Both the position numbers and the translations under genes were made by a program. This document shows, piece after piece, positions 25,385 through 37,600 of a stretch of 64,000 bases of DNA; the first letter of the stretch is position 1; each line of letters opens with the position of its first letter. Origin of the DNA: Geosiphon pyriformis uo1 (taxonomy: Eukaryota > Fungi > Glomeromycota); assembly GCA_016748015.1 (NCBI GenBank), contig JAAOMT010000518.1, forward strand, positions 62,001-126,000. The letters are read 5' to 3'. Under the pieces are notes generated by a model. It searched no databases and was not told the DNA's origin. It worked only from the letters and a program-made list of their open reading frames with translations.

Positions 25385-28300
25385 AGAACCAGCACTGACA
25401 ACACTAAACCAAAAGTGGCAGAATCAGAAAATATAGGAGCAAACCATTTAGAATTCGCAAAATCCTTATTTCAACACTATTGTCAATACTTGGAATTAAA
25501 CCACAATCATATATCTGCCGAATCAGTCTTCAATTTCTACGTCAACGAAAAGATTTCTTCTTTATTAGAAACACCAATGAATACTGAATCAGCAAGAGAA
25601 ACTTTCTATAGGGAATTAATTCAAAATACCAACCTGCCAACAAATCATAATTTCACATCCATTATCACTGAAATCAACAAAGAAATTGAACACCACACTC
25701 AACAAAGATATCCAATTACATATGCTAGTAAAGGCAAGAGAAAATTACAAACACCAGCAGTAACACCCAGAAAATTACAGCCACCTGCTTAGAAGAAAAA
25801 CAGAGTTGAATCCCCAAGCAACCCATCTTACCACTATATACCTGGAAGTGCCATCAACATATCATCAACCGATGCGTTCTCATCAACTACAACATCAGTA
25901 TTTGGACAATTCTCATTTCAAAGTAGACAAAAGAAAACAGAATTACTAGAACCATATGGTGAATACTTTGAGGAATTTAATTCGCGATCATCAACTTTAT
26001 CAGGGCTTTGATCACCACTGCCTCCACCAAATTTTGGAATCTCTGATCCGTGGAAAGCAGTGGAATCAGAAAAAGAGGAAAAAGAATCAGAAGATTAAGA
26101 ATTCACTTACCAGCATCTGATCACTGAAAACCTGGAAGTTGAAACCCCAAACATTCAAACTCAGCAACAGTTAGAAAATCCAAAAATCAAAACCCCGAAT
26201 ATTCGAATGTCGCCAAATCAAAGAAATCAAAACCCCGAATTAATTAATCAGCAAAACTTACCTCCAGTAATCGTCATCGATCAACTGCCAATTAATCCAG
26301 TAGCCAAACCCATACAACAGCCACTACAACTACCACCCAACACCCAGTACAACAACAACTGCTTCAACAGCCACCACAACCACCTAACTTAGATCCAATG
26401 ACCTATGCACCAATTGCAAAACTCGACAACTTTACTGGCAAAGAGGATGACACTCAAGTATGGCTGAACAATATAGAAAAAGCCATCGCAGCCAATGGAT
26501 GGAATGACGCCCAAGCAATGCAAGCCATTCCCTACTTTCTCAAGGATACTGCCAATTCATGATACCAGAGCTTGATTAATAAACCACAAGATTTTAATGC
26601 CTTCAAAGCGGAATTCCTAAGATACTTCAGCAACAATAACAGCATTAATCGCCTAGTCAATGCCTTCACTACCATGAAACAAGAAGAAACTGAAGCAGTC
26701 ACCACTTACTTGGGACGCTTCCATTGAAACCTATGCCAAATTCAAGCAATTGATGCCAACTATTTCACAGCACCACAGATACTCAATCAGTTTATCTGTG
26801 GCCTGCACAGCAGCATCTTGCAATATGTATGTCCATTGCATCCAGGTACCCTTCAAGATGCAGTTACATGCGCCAGAGATTTTGAATCCGCCAAGTCAGA
26901 GGCTAACCATGCCCAAGTCATTAATCTAGTAATGAATGGATTATCTGAATTGGATTCCAAATTGGAGAAGTTTAGTGAATCAATTAATAAGAGATTGGAA
27001 GGATACTTAGCTGACAATCATGCCCTTTATCAGCCTCCACAATGATACAATAATCAAGGAAACTCTAATCATGCCCAAAATCAACCTCATCCATCTTCAT
27101 CAACCAATCAACAGTGGCAACAGAAAATGTGTATCTGCCACTATTGTGGTAAGTAAGGACATATCCAAATGGACTGTCGCCAGCACCTAAATAACCAACG
27201 ATCGGGAAATCAATATTGAAACTCCAATTGCCGGTTCTAAACTCCGAATCAGTATCCAAATCAAAACCCACCCGCTTACCTACCAGTGATGCAGTCATCA
27301 GTCTATCAGTCTCCAGTATATTAACCTCTGATTTATCAACTGCAGCCACAAGTAATATATCAACCGCAGCCACAAATAATTTATCAACCCCAACAGATCC
27401 AAACACCGCCCCAAAACTTACCATCCAACGGAACCCAAAGACCGAGAATGACTCAACAGAGCTGGAGATCGGCGATAATAGTCCATCAACTGATCCTCAG
27501 TTCTTCACAGCAACCATCTGGATTATGCCAGCGGAATTCGGGTACTGGTCAACCCCAGAATCCGAATTCTCAGAACTATTTAAGTCTTCTGGTCACTCCA
27601 GAAGACACTTCAACCAATAACTCAGTACTTACTCAAAAACAACCACTTACCAGTAATATCCCATCTGCTACCATCACCGAAGACGAGTCATTAGCCACTA
27701 TTTTCCCATTCGAATTTGAGGAAACAGCTGCAACACCATTATTTAGTGGAGCCGCTCTTGAAGCCAAACCAATCACCACGATGTACACTAATGCCAAAGT
27801 TGAAGGACAATCCATCAAATTGATCTTGAACAGTAGTTCCACAGACAGCATAATCACAAAACAACTCATGGATCAATTAGGTTGCCAAGTTGATCGGGCT
27901 GCCAGTGCCAGAATCATCACAGCTGATGGCACGACCAAAACTCCAATTGGCAAAATTGACAACTTTCTTTTTGAAGTCAATGGCATCATGACTCCCATTA
28001 AAGTTCTAGTAATGGAAGCCACTTAATACCAAGCTCTCGTTGGTAATAACTGGCTATCCAAAGTCAACGCAACATTAGACTGGAACACCCAGGAACTCCA
28101 GCTAACATATCAGAGCCAACACATACATGTCCCAGCCACATGTGGCCACTTCAAAACTCCTCTAAGAAAGAAACTATTGATCAAACTGGAGGAGGAGAAA
28201 GAAAAGCCTACCTGGGAAGCCTACCAAGTGTTGTGGGTGGACGAAGACACAACAAACTACTGCCAATACTCTTCTGGGATGACAACAACAAGAGAAAAGG

Positions 28301-31300
28301 GAAACAAAAAGAAAAACTTACCTGGGAAACTGATAACCTAACATGAACCAACAACAATGAAAGTGAACCGACTTCAAGCTGGGAATAGGAAGAGAACAAA
28401 GAAAATAAAGGAAAAGGGAAAGAAGAAGAGACCACCCAAACTACCACCGCTTATACCACCTATACTATACCACAACAATCAACTTATCATCAATCTAAGC
28501 TTATATGTGTCAATTGTGGCAAAAAATTGTCATCGATGGGCGCATGCTATGGGGATGATGAGGAATATTCAATGGCAACTAGGTTCTATTGCCGTTCATG
28601 CGTCCTTGAACACTTTGGAAGATCAAAACAAGTAGGGAAATGTGACAATCAGCCGTGCTTAGCTTGTGGAGAGACTTTATTGGATGAAAGAATGTGGCAT
28701 GACATTCCTGGATGTGGAGGAACGTGCGACGTAGAGTGTCAATACACAATTCTGATCAGCGACTGGATTAAAAAAGGGACACCAATCAAAGCCGCTTGGC
28801 AAAGAGCAGTGTGACAATTAGACAGTTGTCCACATGATGACGACAAAATTTGGAGAATGACAACTGCCAAAATTGAAGGCATGTTGCCAGAAGAAATCTG
28901 GACAATTAAAAACAACCCACCAGAACCCATCGAGCTTGACTGGAACACAGAGCCAGTCATAAATTTTCTGGAACCAGAAGAGTTTCATGAACACTACCAA
29001 AACTTGGCACCTACTAGAGAAGAGCAAGAACAACGGCTAGCACAGTTAAATACAAAACTGTGTCACCATTGTTTAATTCCCAGTGACTTTGAATATTGTG
29101 ACAATTGTGATCTTCTTTATAATCCACTACCACACATGATCTATTCAATCCCTGAAGAAGAAGAACCAATCAGCAGCTGTGCATTAGAATCAGAATCACT
29201 GATCAATTGTGATCCAGACTCTGACGATGATGACAAAAACACCAGTTCCAGCTCCATTCAAAATGGCAATGATGATGAAAATGATTCAGACTCAGATTCA
29301 AAACCCAATGTAAACTATGAACAATACATTGCATTACCAGATTTCTCCAAGGAACAAGAGTTGAAATGGTATAGTGACAATAGAGAAAATATTATGCCAG
29401 AACATGCACATGATACAGATGCAGGGTTTGATTTGAGATATCCAGGAAAAGATGCCATCAAATTGAAACCGCATTCACACACCTGTATTGATCTGAAAAT
29501 AGCACTAGAGATTCCAGCAACAACAATGGTTCAATTAGCATCTAGGAGTAGTTTAGTGAAAAGAGGGATCAATATAAGAGAAGGAATAATTGATGCGGGA
29601 TATGTGAGAAATATCATCACCATGCTACAAAATGACTCAGAAAAGGCCTATATAATAGAGTCCAATGAAAAGATAGCACAGGCAATATTCCTGCCTCTGA
29701 TTAGAATAGCTCAGTTAGTGTCAGTGGGAAAGAGGGAGAAATTAGGAATAACAGCAAGAGGAATACAAGGATTTGGATCAACAGGTAGAATAGATACACC
29801 AGTTAATATGGCAGAGGAAGAAATTGTTGGCCAAGGAGAAATTATCTCAACTGGTCAAGCTATTTCCATTCCATCATATAGCCAGTACATGTTAACAATA
29901 GAAAAGAAGGAAAAGGAGCAAGAACAGATTTTTGAAGCTGAAGCAACCCTTTGTGAATCAGGAGAGATTGGATTGATCAATCTCCACATACCAGCCAAAA
30001 GCTATAGCAGCATAAAAATTCCTATTTACAACAATACTGGCAATGTCATCAACATACCAGAAAGAACCACCATCAGATATTTAACCACAGAAATAGAAGA
30101 CTAACCACCAAACCCCATTCCAGACTTTTCACAACTTTGTGGATATGTTGACATCACATCACAAACAATCTATGGACAAGATGAATGTTATTTGCTCCAA
30201 TCAGAACAATTGGAACAAATGAACATGGGGAACTTAGATTCACTCCAACGTATGCAGCTTAAGATGTTACTCAACAATTTCAATGACATCTTTGCCAACA
30301 AAAATGAGTTTGGCCAAACTAACATCATCCAACATCAGATCAAGACTGGAGATGCAATGCCAATCAAACAAAGAGCATACAGAGTGCCGCCAGCCAGCCA
30401 CGAGATTATTTGTCAAGAGATAAACAGAATGCTTGACAACAGGCTAATTCAACTATCAATAAGTCCATGGTTGTCACCAGTGGTACTCATCTGTAAGAAA
30501 AATGGAAAAATCCGGTTTTGTGTAGACTACAAGAAACTCAATGGTGTAACTCATGGAGACAGTTATCTAACTCCATGGATACAGGAATTATTTGATGCTT
30601 TCGGTGGGAACAAATGGTTCTCCACATTAGATTTGAACAGTGGTTACTGGCAAGTAGCCATGAATTCAGTTGACAAAGAGAAGACAGCATTTACTACTAG
30701 AGAAGGGAATTTCGAATTTGAAGTAATGCCATTCAGCTTAACCAATGTCCCAGCAACTTTCCAATGGCTAATAGAAATTGTTTATACAGGCTTATTGTGG
30801 AAATCAGTAGTTGTATACTTGGATGACACCAATGTATTCTCAAAGATGTTCGATAATTATCTGCATTATTTTCAACAAGTGTTCGAAAGACTAAGAAGAA
30901 CAGAACTAAAGTTAAATGCGACAAAGTGCTTCTTTGGCAAGACAGAACTCAAATTCTTGGGACACATAGTCAGTAAAAATGGCATCAAAACAGATCCAGA
31001 GAAAATAGAGATAGTAAAGAACTTTCTAGTGCCGACCAATATAACAGAACTGAAATCATTCTTGGAATTTGCCAGCTACTATTGTCGTTTTATCAAAAAC
31101 TTTTTCAAGATAGTGCAGCCACTCAATCAATTGTAAAACAAAAATGCGAAATATGAATGGACAGAAAGTCAACAAGAAGCTTTTAATATTTTGAGAAAAA
31201 AGCTCATCCAAGCTCCAGTACTGATCTATTCAGATTACAGCAAACCATTCATCATCACCACTGATGCATCCAGCCAAGCATTGGGAGCAGTATTATCTCA

Positions 31301-31619
31301 GAGAGGACCAGACAGCAGAGAACATTCAGTAGCATATGCCAGCAGAGGTTTAACACCAGCTGAAAAGAACTATGGAACACCAGAACAAGAACACTTAGCA
31401 ATATACTGGGCCATTATGAAATGGAAAGAATACTTGAGCCAGAAATTCGAAGTATACACAGATCACAAAAGATTAACATCACTCCAAAAACAAGAATTTG
31501 GAGATAGAAGACAGTCAAGATGAAAAATAGCACTTGCACCATACAATTATAATATACATTACAAAAAGAAAAAAGACAATAGAAATGCTGACAGTTTGTT
31601 GTAAATGAGACAAATCTAA
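25385..31619 (+). pseudogene. gag-pol: Family B copy 1 polyprotein (~2080 codons): N-extension, Gag with CCHC, protease, Cys-rich domain, dUTPase, RT, RNase H
   Basis: Gag: APIAKLDNFTG..ANGWND..QAIPYFL and CHYCGK*GHIQMDC. PR: LILNSSS (DSGS in copy 2). RT: RFCVDYKKLN, LDLNSGYWQ, YLDD. RH: TTDASSQALGAVLSQ, YASR, YTDHK. Only two 1-nt indels are needed to join the frames. Confidence 0.93.
29394..29786 (+). pseudogene. dut: dUTPase domain within the retrotransposon polyprotein
   Basis: All five trimeric dUTPase motifs: AGFDL, SRSSL, GIIDAGY, EKIAQ, RGIQGFGSTG. Confidence 0.95.
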
Positions 31620-31681
31620 GAACATTTCAACCCAAAAATATAACAAAACCAGAACAATACCAACGAAAAATATAACAAAAA

Positions 31682-33060
31682 ATGAACATACAAAAATACC
31701 AACAATTACAACATTATATAAACACTCAACAGTTCAAGGAGAATTTATCTCAAACAGAACGAAAGAGTATCAAACAACAATCAAAATATTTTATCACTCA
31801 CCAAAATATACTTTATCGGAAAAATAAAAGGAATTCAAATCAACCAACCAGAGTAATTACAGAGCCAGAAAAAGGGATCATATTATTCAAGATGCACTCA
31901 AATCCAACAGCAGGACATTTTCACAAAGAAGCAACCATGGAAAGAACCAGAAAGAGATACTATTGGTCATTAATATACCCAGACATCATTCAATATGTGC
32001 AAAATTGTGATGCATGTTAGCGAAGAAGAGGAACAAGACCCAGTGAACTATTAAGACCAATCAAAGTGGGACAACTATTTGACCACATTGGAATTGATTT
32101 AGTTGGACTATTAACAATCACCAGCAGAGGAAACAAATACATAGCAGTAGCTATGGACTATCTCACTAAATGGCCAGAGGTGAAAGCAATTCAAAGAGCG
32201 GATGCAGAATCCGTTGTCGAATTCATTCATCAAGATTTGATTTGTCGACATAGATGTCCAAAAGAATTATCAGACCAAGGAACTCATTTTGTGAACAAAA
32301 CATTAATAGAATTAAGCCAAAGATTCGGAATCAAGAGACCATTATTATTACCATACCATCCATAAACCAACAGATTAGTAGAAAGATTCAACAGAATATT
32401 ATGTGAAGCAATAACTAAACTCAGTCAAGAAAACCAGAACGATTGGGATTTGTTGATACCATCAGTACTATTTGCTTATCGGACAATGAAGCAAGATACT
32501 ACACAAGCAACACCATTTGAATTAGTATATGATAGAACAGCAACACTACTTATAAAAATGGAAGTCAGCACATACCCAACTGAACCAATAACAGAAGAGA
32601 ATTTTAAAAATATATTGTTGAGAGAACATATGACTTAATAGAAACATTGGAAAACAAACAAAGAAGAGCAGCTGATAATATCCAAAAGTCACAAGAAACA
32701 CAGAAAAAAAGACATAATAGTCAACTACCAGACAAACCAGTTGAATTCAAGATCAGAGACAAAGTATTACTACATTGTACCAAAGTGGAAAAACAATGGA
32801 GTGGAAAATTTGACCCCAAATAGGACAGACCATTTCACATAGAAGAAATTCTAGGAAATGGAGCTTACAAATTAAGATTGAATAACAAAATTTTAACCAA
32901 AGCAGCACATGGAGATCGACTGAAACTATATCACAAGATTACACTACCATCTATCAGTAATATTCCACAATTAGGAATACAGAGAATACTAGTTCAACCG
33001 GATGAGATTCCACGAGATCTGGAACCAATCATTATTATTGACAACAACACATTAAATTGA
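31682..33060 (+). pseudogene. Integrase as a separate ORF (HHCC, DDE, GPF; no chromodomain)
   Basis: MHSNPTAGH..CDAC; GIDLVG, LSDQG, LVERFN; PFHIEEILGNGAYKL; own ATG at 31682. Confidence 0.9.
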
Positions 33061-33084
33061 TCCATCAAAAGAATATATAAAGAC

Positions 33085-33744
33085 ATGGTAGACACAACAG
33101 GAAATGTCAGAAAAATGGAAATTACAGACAACATTCACTCACTAGCACAACAACTTTTTCAATTAATCCAACACCAGGAAATGGAGATTACAATCAATCA
33201 ACAAACTATTTGATATCAAGATACTAGAAAAATATTTCAATTCAGAACACAGAAGAAAACTGAAAATTCTGTGGACAAAATCATGGCGAAAGTAAAATTA
33301 GCAATAAAAGAGTTGATAAAAGAGTCACTATATCAAGAGTTGACTAATGAAACTTGGAATTGGTGGATACAACAATTTCCACGAAACTATTGTTATTTTT
33401 ACTTGGGACAACACATAAATATCCAGAATCTATATACGGATAAGACAAAGCAATTATTTGACAAAAGAATACTACTACAATTAGAACATTTTGTGGGAAA
33501 AAACAACTTATCTACACAAGCCCGAGCCATCTACCGAATACACACAGCATTTCAGGATAGACCAGAGATATTGCTCAACAAAGCAATGGATATGGTTACC
33601 AGTAATCAATTGAGAAAAATCACCAATGCTCAATTTGAAAAATTACAGACCCAAATAACACAAGTAATTCTCGAAAACGAAATCCAGAAAATACTTTAAG
33701 AAAAGGAATTACATGAGTTGGATTTTGATGAAGCTCAATATTAA
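33085..33744 (+). pseudogene. Extra 3' ORF (ORF3, 219 aa) of unknown function at the env position
   Basis: ATG 33085 is in frame with ORF 33271-33699. The internal stops are CGA>TGA/CAA>TAA type (copy 2 retains CAA at the latter). It ends LDFDEAQY* next to the PPT. Confidence 0.8.
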
Positions 33745-33758
33745 AAAGAAGGGAATAA

Positions 33759-34644
33759 TATTACTCATAGAAATAAAAGAAATATATTAGTCTAAATTTT
33801 TAGCCAATTAAAAGCAGACATAGTAAATGTGGAATTCCAGGATTCCTCTCAGGAATTACAGGATTCCAGGAATTTCAGGATTCTCCGATGAGAAATTACA
33901 AGATTCCAGAATTTCAGGATTCTTCTCAAAAAAATTACAGGATTCCAGGAATTCTAAGATTCCTGTTATGAAGAATTGAGGAATTGAGGAATCTCAATTA
34001 TGTATATATAGCAGTAGCGTTAGAAACAGAAAAGACAAAATCGATACCACAGAATCCTTAGCCTAGAAATGCAATCATCAAATAAATAATTATTTCATAT
34101 CTCAATCCACTCTCCACTATCAACTCTTCATGTTGATAGTAATTGATACTTAACCATGCTGGAACAATAGCTCTTGATCACAGCTATTGATGAGATACTA
34201 ATCTGCAAATCGCCTTGGCTTATTTCTTTTCTTTCTTTATTTTCTTTTATTTTTTTTTCTTTATTTTATTTTTGATTTGTTGTTGTATACTAATTGATTC
34301 AAGATTAAGTGCTGAGTTATTAATGTCAAGGATAGCCTGGTAAAAGACCCAGAAATAAGGGTAGGATTTTATATATTATCAGATAGCTTACCAGAAGGGC
34401 ACAACTGCCAGACTAAATCCGGCCACCATGCTGAGAAAGAAATTGGGAAAACTCTTGGAAAATACATCTACTATCAACACTATTGAATCTCTGTCTATTA
34501 TACAAAGGACTCAACCAAAACCTTCAGATCCATAAAAATCTTCAGATACAACACTTACAGAACCACATCAATGAAAGTAGCTTTTAAGCACCAAGTTACA
34601 GGTTTGTTATTTAATTCCACAGCAGAAATAATTCACCTGTAACA
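33759..34644 (+). repeat. 3' LTR, family B copy 1
   Basis: Preceded by the PPT; same length as the 5' LTR. Confidence 0.95.
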
Positions 34645-37600
34645 ATGCATTCTTACAACAATTCACTAACAACAATACCTTTATTACTCTCCACAATTGC
34701 TTTTGCAATATCAAACAAGAAACATCTAAAACTGTTATGACCTATCTTGGGAGATTCAACAAACTTCTTTGACGAATCTGACAATTGGAAACCAATAACT
34801 ACTACTCTAATGCTCAGATTTTGGATCAGTTTATAGCAAGATTAAAAGACAAATTGATTAAGAAAGTCTGTCCACATGCACCAGCAGACTTAGCAACTGT
34901 TATTAGACATGCAAAGAACTATGAAATGGCAATGGAAGAAGCAAACCACACCAAACTTGTCAACCTAGCTATTGGAGAAACCAGCTCAACAGCTGAAGAG
35001 AAAATAGACCAACTTACAAAGAAAGTTGAAAACTACTTTACAAATTAACAACAACAACAGCAGCAATTACAAAGATATCAACCACCACAATGATGCAACC
35101 AAAACAACTTTGGATCACCATCCAACAACCAACCTCAAAATTGTCATTACTGTGAAATCTCAGAACACTAGAAACAAGATTGCAGGAAACTACAAAGAGA
35201 CCAACAAAACAGGAGTAATCAATGTTACTCTTCATCACAACAATCTTATTACCAATCTCCATTACCAACTTATTATTTACCAAAACCACAAAATCAAAAC
35301 AATTACTATTAACCAGCTCCACAACCAATGCAGCAACAATATCAACAATCTTTGCCAAATCAGCAATATCAGACACCACCCACTCAACAATATCAAATAC
35401 CAGCCAGAAGATTGGTTCAACAGAACCAATTTACACCCCAAAATTAATTTCAGAATAACAACAACAGAATCAACTCAAACAACCAGTTGGTTCCTCGAAA
35501 TTCTGGCTAGCAAAGACCCAATTATTATTACATTCAACCCAGTTATCTTACAATGCCTGAAGGATCAGATTTTCAACAATCTGCACTTTTTGAAAGTGAA
35601 GTTACAGCACCAAGATCAAACCCTTCCAACAACACCATCTTACCAGCCCAAATTGCCCAAAATGCCAACTTTTCTGATATCTTTCCATTCGAATTTGAAG
35701 CCAATGAATCACCATTTTTGCTTAGCAATGCAGCAGTCAATGAACAAAAAGCAATTACAGCAATATATGCTGAAGCTGAAGTTGAAGGAAAACCAATCCA
35801 GTTAATCTTAAACAGTGAATTAGCTGGAAGTATTATCACTTACCAGTTAATGCAACAGCTTCAAAGAACTGTTGACAAACCAGCCCAAACTGTAATTGTT
35901 ATAGCAGATGGTATGAAAAAGACACCAGTAGAAAAAATTGACAATTTCTCATTCACTATTGATAGAATTACCATTCCAGTCAAAGTTCTCGTCATGAATG
36001 CACCTCAATATTAAGCTTTGATCAGAAATGATTGGCTTCTTAAGGCCAATACAAACTTAGACTGGGAAACCCAGAAATTAAAGATTTCATACCAAGGACA
36101 ATACACTAGAGTACCTGCTATCTGTGGTACTTTTAATAAGTAAACTGAAAAAGCCTCAGTATTCGAATTTGAAGAGGAGAAAGAACTACCAGTTATTGAA
36201 ACTTTTATGGCTCTTGAATTACCATTCAATTGGGCTGAAGAAACAGAACAAGAAATCTTTGAGGAAATCAGAGAATAGAATGTAGTTAGATATTCTACAC
36301 CAGAACCATAGAAACAACCACTCTACATTCCACTCAAATGCAAAGATTGCAACAAAAAACTTTCATTAATGGGAGCATGTATTTTTCCAGAAGAGGAATA
36401 TGAAACTTGCACTTGTTATTTTTGCAAAGCATGTCACAGAAAACGATTTGGATATTCCAAAAGGAGTGAAAAATGGGACAACACTTCTTGCCTCACATGT
36501 GGAGATATGCTACCAGAAAAATGCAACTGGATTAATGTTGTAATAAAAGGAGAGGTATGTAATCAAACCTGTTAATATGCTCTATCAATTTCGAAAAAAG
36601 TCAGAAAAGGAACACCATTTGATGCAGTATACAATAATGTTTTCAATAAATTTTACCACTACTCTTATAATGCTGAAATAATTTTTGACTTAGCAATAGC
36701 ATTAATTAATGGAGCCATCCAAGAAGATGTTTGCCAAATGAAAGAAGCTGAATACATTGAATATATCATGAAATTAGCTAAATTTGATTATGAAGATAAA
36801 GTGGAAACATATCACCAAATTGTAAGCCACACTTATCCAACCCAAGAAGCTTAAATTCAATAATTAAAGTAAATAAATATTCAATTGTGTAAAGAATGCA
36901 TCATGCTATGTAATGATAAATGGTGTTCAAAATGCTATGTCCTTAGCATTCCTCTGTCCAGTGAAAATGACCAAGAAGAAATCGAATTTGGGAAACCAAA
37001 AACACAGAAAAAAATCACAACAACACTAATCTATCTTACTGAAAACCAGTCTGCTATACAACTCAAATACTTTAATAACAATGGACAAAAAATAAAACCA
37101 GAAAAAGCCCACGAAATTGATACAGGATATGACCTCAAATATTTTGACAAAGACACTTTGGTTCTTTAGCCAAAATCCTTAACCAAAAACAACCTCAGAA
37201 TTGCTCTTGAAATACCACCAGAAGCAATAGTACAAATTGTTTCTTAATTATTATTGGCAAGCAAAGGAATCAATGTTAGAGGAGGAGTCATAGATACAGA
37301 ATATACTGAAAACATTACTATCATGTTATAGAATAAAACAGACAAACCATTCAGAATTGAACATGCTGAAAAGATTGCCCAAGCAATTTATCTACCCTTA
37401 ATCAACATTTTGGGTTTACAATCAATTAAGAACAGAGAACAATTGGGAAAAAGTGAAAGAAGAACTCAAGGTTTTGGTTCAATTGGACAATTTACAGTAT
37501 CAGTAAACATAGCTCTCAACACACAGAATAAATTTCACCAGATTCTCCAACTTTCCCAACCAATTACTATTTCATCTTTTGGAGAACATCACGAAATTTA

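Larger units (their letters stand above)
24467..34644 (+). mobile_element. Ty3/gypsy LTR retrotransposon, family B copy 1 (10178 bp), nested in family A gag
   Basis: 886-bp LTRs 24467-25352 and 33759-34644; PBS TGGTGCTCTTTGTGAGG; PPT AAAAAGAAGGGAA; TSD ATGT (24463-24466) / ATGC (34645-34648). Confidence 0.97.

Noticed and set aside
25131-25415. Kozak-like GCCACCATG at 25136, in frame with the polyprotein
   Set aside because: Three intervening stops are present in both LTRs, and copy 2 has AAG instead of ATG.
27216-27620. Overlapping Ser/Thr-rich ORF (also 53099-53713 and the alternate frames at 35026-35805)
   Set aside because: Expected shadow frame of CAA/CCA-rich Gln/Pro codons; no conserved start.
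32878-33060. Chromodomain at the integrase C-terminus
   Set aside because: The ORF ends about 45 residues after the RLK.Y motif with no YLVKW-type signature.
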